Of a DNA stretch of 64,000 nucleotides, positions 19,350-30,070 are shown piece by piece. The notes under the pieces are model-generated. The model ran no database searches and was not told the origin of the DNA. It saw only the letters and a program-made list of their open reading frames with translations. Source of the DNA: Spirochaetia bacterium (GTDB taxonomy: Bacteria > Spirochaetota > Spirochaetia > SP-2023); assembly GCA_965263295.1 (NCBI GenBank), contig OZ253665.1:2176001-2240000 (forward strand). Reading direction: 5' to 3'. A program made the translations under genes and the position numbers. Position 1 is the stretch's first letter. Every line of letters starts with the position of its first letter.

Positions 19350-20192
19350 TTAAGAGCCGGTCCCTTGATAGCCGCGCAGGGCGCCGCGCCAGAGAAGCGC
19401 GGCGCTCATCAGAAGTGCCGCCCACGAGGCCAGGGCTGTGAGAAGCAAAGCCCAAGAAAAGGAATGCCCGGGCGCGAGGCCTTCGGCAACGAGCGTTGCG
19501 GCGCTTAGCGGAAAAAGGGCGAGAACGATTCCCGCAAGGAGACTGCGTGAAAACGTCGTTCGCAACACCGAAACCGGCAAAAGCCCGAAGGTCGCAATCT
19601 CGCCCGTCGCGCTCATGAAGGCCCCCGTATCGCTCAATGCACGGATTGAAAGCGCGGCCCCGATCAAGATGACGGCGAAGAATGCCGGAGCCGCAATGAC
19701 GAAGCACAAAAACCCAGCTGCGATGGCGGTGGGGAGCGGAATCGGGCCATAGTCAGACGTGTAATCAGGCGTATAATCATAGGCAAGTGCGATAAAATAC
19801 CCGCCGACGACGCAGTCGAGCAGTCGTTCGAAATTGATTTGCCGCATCATGAGTTGCAGGGCCACTGGGACCGGCCGCGCCAGACACAAGGTGAGCCCTC
19901 CCGACCGGGCGAGGCTTCCGGCCGCCCAGAAACTTTCGGTCAACGATTCCACCAGGCCATAGGCGATGCGCAGGACACCGGCGAGAAAAAAGGTCAAAAA
20001 AGGCGTCTCTTGCACCGCCATTCCGGCGGGAAGATTTCGCTCCAGAATCAACCAGGAGACAAGCGCCGAGACGGCAATGGAACATATCGCGCCGACGAGA
20101 TCAAGCCGGTATTGCCGCATCACCTTGAATTGCAGCCTCAGGCTCACGGCAATGTAAGATAATACGGCCCTTTGTTCTCTCGCCCGCCTCAT
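19350..20192 (-). CDS. ABC-2 type exporter permease (DUF990/ABC2_membrane_6-like)
   Basis: Hydrophobic; MRQYRLD and RSGGLTLCLARPV motifs; coupled to a second permease and an ATPase. Confidence 0.75.
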   Translation of the reverse strand: MRRAREQRAVLSYIAVSLRLQFKVMRQYRLDLVGAICSIAVSALVSWLILERNLPAGMAVQETPFLTFFLAGVLRIAYGLVESLTESFWAAGSLARSGGLTLCLARPVPVALQLMMRQINFERLLDCVVGGYFIALAYDYTPDYTSDYGPIPLPTAIAAGFLCFVIAAPAFFAVILIGAALSIRALSDTGAFMSATGEIATFGLLPVSVLRTTFSRSLLAGIVLALFPLSAATLVAEGLAPGHSFSWALLLTALASWAALLMSAALLWRGALRGYQGTGS

Positions 20193-21001
20193 GCCTCAAA
20201 TGTCCTGCCAGCGCGCCGCCTGACGGCTTCGATCGCGAGGACTAACGCCAGCAAGCCGATGCCCCACCAAACAAGCGGCGCGATAAGCCCGGTCAGGGTG
20301 CCCCATGAGATCGGCATGCTTTGGATCGGCTCGCTTTGCGTCAAAAGACGGGCGGGGGCAAAGACGGCCCACGGAAACGGCGTCGCATACGCCGCCGCGC
20401 GAACCGCCGGCGGCAGCACGGGCAACGGAAAAACGATTCCCGAGGCCAGCAGGCAGACGCCGGATTTCAACTCCCCCACGCCATAATGCAGGGGCGAGAT
20501 AAACGCCAGGTAACTCACCGCCATATCAAAGAGGCAGATGACCATCGCACTGAGGAACAGCAGCGGGAATGCCACGGCAAGCCGCATATGCCAAGGTTCA
20601 GGCGCCGGCGCGGAGACGAGCACCGCCGCCAAAACCGAGATGGCGGCCGCCGACAAAATGGATAGCAGACGGTTGCCGAAAAACGAACCGAGGCAACGCC
20701 ACATGACATGCACCGGCATGGCATCGTAAAGTGTGAAAAGGCCCGCCCGAATCGCGCCGGCAAACTGGCCGCCCGGGGTGACCATGCAAGCCAGGAAGAA
20801 AACGTTGGCGACCAAAAAATAGGTCAGCGGGTGGTCGATGCCGGCGTCCGGCTGAAACTCGCCGCCTCGCGAGGCCAGCAGGAACAGCAGAAGAAGGAGC
20901 ACCGAGCGCACGCCATGGCCGGCAAGGTCGCCCGGTTGGGCGATTGAGGAGAGGAATGCGACCCGAGCATATCCCGCCGTAGCTCTTATATGGATCAGCA
21001 T
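20189..21001 (-). CDS. ABC-2 type exporter permease
   Basis: AIRAGLF..YDAMPV and LASGIVFPLPVLP..YATPFPWAVFAP; 4-nt overlap with the next gene. Confidence 0.75.
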   Translation of the reverse strand: MLIHIRATAGYARVAFLSSIAQPGDLAGHGVRSVLLLLLFLLASRGGEFQPDAGIDHPLTYFLVANVFFLACMVTPGGQFAGAIRAGLFTLYDAMPVHVMWRCLGSFFGNRLLSILSAAAISVLAAVLVSAPAPEPWHMRLAVAFPLLFLSAMVICLFDMAVSYLAFISPLHYGVGELKSGVCLLASGIVFPLPVLPPAVRAAAYATPFPWAVFAPARLLTQSEPIQSMPISWGTLTGLIAPLVWWGIGLLALVLAIEAVRRRAGRTFEA

Positions 21002-21014
21002 GATCTGTCACCGC

Positions 21015-22022
21015 TCAACGCGACGCGGTTTCAAGTTGCGCGAGAATGGTTTTGAGGTCTTCTTGCGCGCCAAACTGGACCGAGCGCACCGATGGCGCGG
21101 CCTGCCGCACGCAGTCGAGCACAAGCTCTTTAAGCCCGGGGCGGTCGCCGTCCTGCACGCTCAGGGCGCCATCGTCGCCGCGCCGCGCCTGAAGACCGCT
21201 GGCGCGGAGACAGTCGTGTAGCGCCTCAATGTCTTGTTCCGCGCAACTGACCGTGACGGCGCGAGAAAACCCAGGGAGAGCGGTCAACTCGCGAAACGTG
21301 CCGTCAAAGACGATCCGGCAATCAGAGAGAATCGCAATCTTGCACGTATTTTCGGTCAGGTCGGCCAGATCGTTGGTGGCCTGCACCACGCAGGTTCCCC
21401 AGTCTCTGGCGATGTGGGCCAGGGCGGCGTGATAAGACGTCTTCACCAGCAAATCAAGACCGATGGAACATTCGTCGAGCAGCAGCAGACGCGGGCGGTG
21501 CAGCATGGCCAGGGCGACCTCAATGCGCACGCGCTGCCCCAGGCTGAGGGTTCGGGTCGGCCGCTGCATCAGATCGCCTATGGCAAAACAGGCCTCAAGC
21601 TCTTTGAGAGTGCGCGCGAAGCTCGCGCGTGAGAGGCCGTAGATCGCGCGGTGCAAGCGAAACGTTTCGATCGGCGCCAAGTCCCATTGCAGACGGGAGC
21701 GATTGCCAATCGCCAGGCCGATGTCCGATTGGGTGCCCCGGCTGACGGGAGAGACTGGCTTACCGTGGAGCGCGACCGCCCCCGACTGCGGGGCCATGAC
21801 GCCGGCAAGAATTTTCAATAGCGTCGATTTTCCCGCGCCATTCAGCCCCAGGATCACATTGACCGAATGGGTTGAAAAGGCGAGCGTCACATCCCGCAAG
21901 ACCAGCGCCCCTTGCGCGGCGCGGCCAAAACCGAAGAGGCGCCGCCTCGCGCCATAGCCATGCGTAACGGCGTCAACGCTTACGGCAGAAGCGAATTCAT
22001 CATTTGTCATTTTTATTGTCAA
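21015..22022 (-). CDS. ABC transporter ATP-binding protein
   Basis: Walker A GLNGAGKST, signature LSLGQR, Walker B LLLLDE. Confidence 0.88.
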   Translation of the reverse strand: MTIKMTNDEFASAVSVDAVTHGYGARRRLFGFGRAAQGALVLRDVTLAFSTHSVNVILGLNGAGKSTLLKILAGVMAPQSGAVALHGKPVSPVSRGTQSDIGLAIGNRSRLQWDLAPIETFRLHRAIYGLSRASFARTLKELEACFAIGDLMQRPTRTLSLGQRVRIEVALAMLHRPRLLLLDECSIGLDLLVKTSYHAALAHIARDWGTCVVQATNDLADLTENTCKIAILSDCRIVFDGTFRELTALPGFSRAVTVSCAEQDIEALHDCLRASGLQARRGDDGALSVQDGDRPGLKELVLDCVRQAAPSVRSVQFGAQEDLKTILAQLETASR

Positions 22023-22034
22023 ATATTTGCGGCT

Positions 22035-22064
22035 ATTCTAATTCGGAGCTCTCGACGGTGTCAA
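22035..22064 (-). promoter_or_regulatory. Sigma-70 promoter of the ABC-2 operon
   Basis: TTGACA-N18-TAGAAT on the minus strand, just upstream of the start codon. Confidence 0.6.
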
Positions 22065-22386
22065 GTATTTTTGCCGGAATTTGACCCCGCCCGGAGATTT
22101 GCGTGCCAGTTGGCGACAATATTGTGGCGGCAAAGCAATTTTTTTATGAAAATACCGTTGTTTGTAGGGCCAGGGTGACCACGAAAGGGGAACCACGAAA
22201 GGTCACGAAGACTGCGAAAGGGCACGAAATTTAGGCTGGGGGGCCGCGGGTGGATGACGGGAGGCGCGGTGTTTTAGAATTTTTCGTGTTGTTTTGTATT
22301 TTTTTGTGTTTTTCGTGGTTACTCGGCCAGGGACTCCTGAGAGGGGGGAACGGCGAAAGTATTTTGTAAAAATATTTCTAAAGTAC

Positions 22387-22415
22387 TTGTCAAAAATTAT
22401 TGGGGGCCATATACT
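22387..22415 (+). promoter_or_regulatory. Sigma-70 promoter of the acidic lipoprotein gene
   Basis: TTGTCA-N17-TATACT. Confidence 0.65.
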
Positions 22416-22467
22416 AGACATGTTCTAGGATATTCGTTTGGCAAGCATTTGCCCGTGCCTGCGAACC

Positions 22468-22494
22468 ATTATTATTATTATTATTATTATTATT
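22468..22494 (+). repeat. (ATT)9 microsatellite
   Basis: Nine exact ATT copies read directly. Confidence 0.95.
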
Positions 22495-22561
22495 TTCTAT
22501 TTCATATCGTTTCTCATTTAAAATTTGTAGCCCACATTCTTTTTATAAGGAGGATACAGAT

Positions 22562-24031
22562 ATGTCATCTGGTCTAATTTTTAAACGGCTCTTTGCCGTC
22601 AGCTTCGTGCTTTTATTCCTGTTTGTTTGGGGTTGTGAGGATGATTCATCCGATCTGGACTCCGGGCCAAAAACATTGATAGATTTGGACATGAGGAAAC
22701 TTGAGTCTCCCGAAAAAATTGAGGGTCCCGGTCAATTTGAATTTTTTATTGATTCCTTTATTAAAGACGAACACATCGTCTTGCAAGATAGCGAGCTGGC
22801 CACGGAGCAGCTGGCCGATTTTTGGGCTGACGTGGCCGTGCGCTGGGGTCTGCGCCAGAAAATGGCAAACAGTGAGGCGACAGGTGAGGCCGATGAAGGT
22901 GTGGCAGCTGAAGCAAGCGCCTCTGAAGATTCTCCTGAGACTTCGGGCGAAATTTCCGAAACTTTTTGGCTGCAACGGAGTGCCAATTACAGCGATGCCG
23001 ATGATGTCTCTGAATATAAGATCACGGCCGCAGAGGGTGAAAAACAATTTTTTGTCCTCGATCCTCAAGATTGGAAAGATAATTTGCCCGATCATTTTCC
23101 CGCTGAATGGTCCGATATTTCCGCCGGCGAATTAGAGGTGGTGGTTGAAGCTTTCTTGGCCACCCAGGCTGCCGAAGGGCAATTTACGAGCACGGCCAGC
23201 ATTGATCTGCCTGCGGACTTCCAATTAAGGCAAGAAAATACAGAGGTAGCTTCGGAAGCTTCAACTCCTGCAAATTCACAGCCGACTGAAGATACAATAT
23301 CGACGGAACTTGGTCCGCCTCTGGTTGTTTCCTGGGATGAGGGAAGAACTGATGTAAGCGTTAATCCCGAAGAAGTCGAACGCTTATGGACAAGGGAGCA
23401 GGATGAAACGCTTATCAAGCAATTTGCTGTAACGGTTGATTACGCTGGATCCCCGGCAGAGCTGAAATTTAAGTGGTTTATAAATGATGTAGAGTTGCCG
23501 GATAAGAATGACTCAATAGCAACAATAGAATTGCGCCAAACAGCCCTTGGGTATAAGTCCATAGATCCGGAATCGGGATATCCCTATACTGCTGAAGAGT
23601 TAGCGACGACTGAGCACCGTCGTAAGATAAGTGTCATAGTGTCTGACCCCCAAGGAAATAGTGGCGAGGCAAAACTGTTTGTTGACTTAGATTCCAAACC
23701 TGTTGCATACATTGTAAGTTCTCCTGATAAGTTTAAGATTGGACAGAAGAATGCTCAAGCTGTTCGGGTATTCGTAGCTGATGAAAATGAGGATCCTGTA
23801 TCAATGAAATGGGAGCGAAGTGTAGATGGGGGAGAGAGCTTTCAGGATGTAAACATTGAGATAGAGGCAGAGGTGGGGGCTGTTTCAACGATTTGGATAG
23901 ACCGCACAGGTCGAAAAGTAGGAGACCATCTTATTTACCGCATAACTCCCATCTCAGAAGTACAGTTTGGAAGTCAAATTGAAATTGTGGAAGGAGAACC
24001 TGTCACAACTACTGGTATAGATTTTTATTGA
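22562..24031 (+). CDS. Acidic surface lipoprotein, probable Ig-like beta domains
   Basis: RBS AAGGAGG, lipobox VWGC, Glu/Asp-rich; ELKFKWFIND and VSMKWERSVDGG resemble Ig-like strands. Confidence 0.75.
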   Translation: MSSGLIFKRLFAVSFVLLFLFVWGCEDDSSDLDSGPKTLIDLDMRKLESPEKIEGPGQFEFFIDSFIKDEHIVLQDSELATEQLADFWADVAVRWGLRQKMANSEATGEADEGVAAEASASEDSPETSGEISETFWLQRSANYSDADDVSEYKITAAEGEKQFFVLDPQDWKDNLPDHFPAEWSDISAGELEVVVEAFLATQAAEGQFTSTASIDLPADFQLRQENTEVASEASTPANSQPTEDTISTELGPPLVVSWDEGRTDVSVNPEEVERLWTREQDETLIKQFAVTVDYAGSPAELKFKWFINDVELPDKNDSIATIELRQTALGYKSIDPESGYPYTAEELATTEHRRKISVIVSDPQGNSGEAKLFVDLDSKPVAYIVSSPDKFKIGQKNAQAVRVFVADENEDPVSMKWERSVDGGESFQDVNIEIEAEVGAVSTIWIDRTGRKVGDHLIYRITPISEVQFGSQIEIVEGEPVTTTGIDFY

Positions 24032-24092
24032 TCCACATAAATAAAATCGCGTGCAGTAAAATCATGTTTTATTGCGCATGGTAAATACAATT

Positions 24093-24119
24093 GCCACCTG
24101 CCTGTAACAGGCAGGTGGC
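24093..24119. terminator. 13-bp perfect inverted repeat downstream of the lipoprotein gene
   Basis: gccacctgcctgt-a-acaggcaggtggc. Confidence 0.55.
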
Positions 24120-24681
24120 GGTGTAATTCCTGCTGCTTCGGGAGCCGCTCTCCCTCTGGCAGCCGTCTTGTTTAAATTTTCAACTCCTTGTTTCCGTTTC
24201 AGGATGCGGAATTAGCCGCCAGCGTCTCGGCCTTCTCGTGCGTGGGTGGCAAAAAGGTTTTCTTCTGCGGCAATCCCGGTAGCTGGTCTTTTTTTGAAGC
24301 TCCTCCTGCTGTGAGACATCAAAGGGGGTCTTTTGTATCAGCTTATTTGCAAGGAGTTCTCAAGGGGAGGGTCTAGGGGGCAGGGGGCGATGTTTGCGCC
24401 GTTGTCCCAGAAAAAATATAAGCATAGACCTGGCTTTGGCTCGTCGCAGGATGCTGTATTTTACGCATGATGAGGGGCTCCTCGCACTTTGCGCGGACTA
24501 TCAGATTGTGATCCCGCCCGCGAACTCAGCGTAGGGAGGAATTACGCTGCCGCTTTTCGCATGTATCTGCGTCCGCTGTTGGGTTCGCGGATGCCCAACG
24601 CCTATCGCCTGCGTCAGAATCGCGTGCCCAGCATTTTTCCTTGCCAGAGGCTGTAATAAAAAAAGGTGCGGGTTCTGCTCC

Positions 24682-24969
24682 TTACATATCAAAAACTGGC
24701 TTTAAGTCATTATCCTCTTCAATACGTAACATTCTAATATCTGTCACGCAGTGTTCTAACCATGGAAATTCTTTTGCCATAGCAGCACAAATCAATGTCG
24801 TTGTTACAGCGTTAGTTTGTTCATTCCCGAAGTATACAGAGCCTTGCTGGCGTTCAAATCCTTTAGTTGCCAAGAAACGTTTTATATCGCCATAAGCATT
24901 ATTATGACTTTGCCCTGGATAGTGTTCTTGTAATGCTGCTATTTGCAAATCAAATGTTATTGCATACAT
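24682..24969 (-). CDS. vapD: Virulence-associated protein D (Cas2-like ribonuclease)
   Basis: MYAITFDL...AYGDI..FL...GFERQQGSVY...PWL...VTDIRMLRIEEDNDL; RBS AGGAG. Confidence 0.92.
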   Translation of the reverse strand: MYAITFDLQIAALQEHYPGQSHNNAYGDIKRFLATKGFERQQGSVYFGNEQTNAVTTTLICAAMAKEFPWLEHCVTDIRMLRIEEDNDLKPVFDM

Positions 24970-25252
24970 GAATCTACTCCTATTTCCCCAATTGATTTTC
25001 TTAACTACCGCAAATGCTTCTCACCTGAACGCGTTGTTATACGCATGTTACTTGAGATAGGTTTTCAATCCTTCAAGCAAGAGCTCTAAGATATGGTCGG
25101 CTATTAAGTTTTCTAGGTCTTTACTCTTTTTTTTCCAGACGACGAAAATCCTTAAATTCAAGAGTTATTTCTTTCCATCATTTGATGCTAAAGTTTTTCA
25201 GAAAAATGTACACCCTCTGCATAAAAAATTAAGCTTTTGTGTTGCTATGAGC

Positions 25253-25319
25253 TTGACAGTTGAGGATGAGATCATTAAATTACGCTTCACCCTCCAGCGA
25301 GAGGGGGCGCTCTTTGACA
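25253..25319 (+). promoter_or_regulatory. rRNA promoter with boxB/boxA antitermination-like elements
   Basis: TTGACA-N17-TAAATT (25253-25281), small hairpin ccctc-cagcga-gaggg, boxA-like CGCTCTTTGACA (25308-25319). Confidence 0.7.
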
Positions 25320-25345
25320 GCAAAGCGAAGGATGAGTAATAATAT

Positions 25346-28290
<2,945 letters not shown>

Positions 28291-28343
28291 ATATTATTGC
28301 CCATCCTTGGCGTGATTTGAGCGTTATAGTTTTGTATGATAAT

Positions 28344-28453
28344 GCCGGTGACGATAGCGAAGAGGAAACACCTGAAACCATTCCGAACTCAGTAGTTAAG
28401 CTCTTCAGCGCCGATGGTACTAGCGAGAGCTGGGAGAGTAGGTCGTTGCCGGC
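28344..28453 (+). rRNA. rrf: 5S ribosomal RNA
   Basis: GCCGGTGACGATAGC...CCATTCCGAACTC...GCCGATGGTACT...GGGAGAGTAGGTCGTTGCCGGC. Confidence 0.96.
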
Positions 28454-28479
28454 TTTTTTTGTATTCTAAGGGCAGAGTC

Positions 28480-28519
28480 GCCCTGGGGATATAATTATAT
28501 ATAATTATATCCCCAGGGC
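28480..28519. terminator. Perfect 40-bp palindrome after 5S rRNA
   Basis: gccctggggatataattata|tataattatatccccagggc is exactly self-complementary. Confidence 0.7.
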
Positions 28520-28710
28520 ATAAAAATATTAGATGAAATAGCTGAGTCAGTTATGGACAAACTTTTGTCGCCTCAGGCACAAAGAAAACCCGGCCACCAA
28601 AATCGGAATATCAAGTGGCAAAGAAATGGGGTCTTATGTTCTGGCGGAATTAATGGCTTTTTCGAACCGCTAAAAAATTTTGTTAAATGATAATCCTAGA
28701 ATAATGGGTT

Positions 28711-28941
28711 CTAGATTACTTTTTTGACCAAGCCAGCTTTCAGACAGCGGGTACATATTTTCATGCGTTGGAGCTTGCCATTGTATATCCCTTTGACCTG
28801 CACTAAGTTGGGCTTGAAGGTGCGGGGCACACGCTTAACGACATGCTGGCCGGCACCGCCTTCTTTCTTAGGTAAGCCTTTACGAGGTACAGAATTGCCA
28901 AAAGTAGTACCCTTGTTGCAAATGTCGCAAACTCTTGCCAT
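28711..28941 (-). CDS. rpmB: 50S ribosomal protein L28
   Basis: MARVCDICNK...RTFKPNL...KICTRCLKAG. Start revised using RBS AGGAG spacing. Confidence 0.95.
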   Translation of the reverse strand: MARVCDICNKGTTFGNSVPRKGLPKKEGGAGQHVVKRVPRTFKPNLVQVKGIYNGKLQRMKICTRCLKAGLVKKVI

Positions 28942-29466
28942 TGTCATTCTCCTGGATATTAGAGGATCTCTTATTATAGGGAAACACTTGTAAAAGGGGC
29001 CCCCAAGGGAGGGCACTTTCAACATAGGGGATTCAAGATACTGCAATACTGCTTCTTGTCAATGGCAACCAGCAGTTTTATGGCGTTTTTATATCGTTTA
29101 AATGTGCGAGCCGATTTTTTTGCCAACGTTTTGTTTGGGGTTTGGTGGCGGGCTTTAAATTCGTTCCGAGGTTGAGAAAACACTTACTGCAAATCCTGGT
29201 GTTCGGTCATCTAGAGATTTAGCTATAATTGTGATTGCTCTGGCAATGCTTCGCACTAATTGATGTTTGTCATGATTAAAGTTATCCTGTCTTTCGTGGC
29301 AAGTTTTACGAAGTTGCGAAAAAACGTAGAGGGGGACCTTGGCATAAGTCAGGGATTATTTTGCCGTAGATTAAAGTTTTGTGTTTGAGCTTTGCTGAAA
29401 ATTATATCTGCTTGTATTAAAAATTGATCTTCCTCTTTACAGTTGCGCGGTGCATAGGAGGGAAAT

Positions 29467-29982
29467 ATGAAAGCATATTCAAGGTGCCAGGTCCAAGAGC
29501 GGCACTCTAAGGCTGAAAGCTGGCTACCGGTGGCTTTATTCTTTCTTGTCACGATGGGGATTTGGCAGCCTTTACAGGCCGACGGTGAGGTTAAACACCT
29601 TCGGACCGAGTTGGTACGCAAGGCGGCAAAATACATCGGTACGCCTTATCTATACGGTGGTGTTACTCCAAAAGGCTTTGATTGCAGCGGTTTTATTAAC
29701 TATATTTATGGCCCTCACATTAAAAATCTACCGCGCCGCACCCAGGACTTTGTTCGCTATGGCCGTAAAGTGGCTTTCAATAAATTGAGGCCTGGAGACT
29801 TATTGTTATTCAGTACTATCCCCGGCAGCGCCCAAATTACCCATATTTCTTTATATATAGGCAAGGGATGTGTGATTCACGCTATATCTGATGGGCCTAA
29901 AACGGGTATTCAGATCAGCGATGCGAGCAGAGGCTATTGGAATCAGCGCTTGCGTTATGCTCGTCGCATTCTGCCTGACTAG
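29467..29982 (+). CDS. NlpC/P60 (C40) cell-wall peptidase
   Basis: YIGTPYLYGG..PKGFDCSGF, LPR, PGDLLLF, THISLYIG and IHA. Confidence 0.92.
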   Translation: MKAYSRCQVQERHSKAESWLPVALFFLVTMGIWQPLQADGEVKHLRTELVRKAAKYIGTPYLYGGVTPKGFDCSGFINYIYGPHIKNLPRRTQDFVRYGRKVAFNKLRPGDLLLFSTIPGSAQITHISLYIGKGCVIHAISDGPKTGIQISDASRGYWNQRLRYARRILPD

Positions 29983-30070
29983 TTGGCTTTCAGTTTGCTA
30001 AAACGCGACTGGTCGTGTTTCAGGATTGGCGGTGTTAAGGTTCTTTGGGCGCCCGGATGGGCCGGGGAGC

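Noticed and set aside
19063..22560. Integrative element at tRNA-Leu
   Set aside because: No integrase or duplicated tRNA 3' end was seen, and the foreign-looking genes lie on the 5' side of the tRNA.
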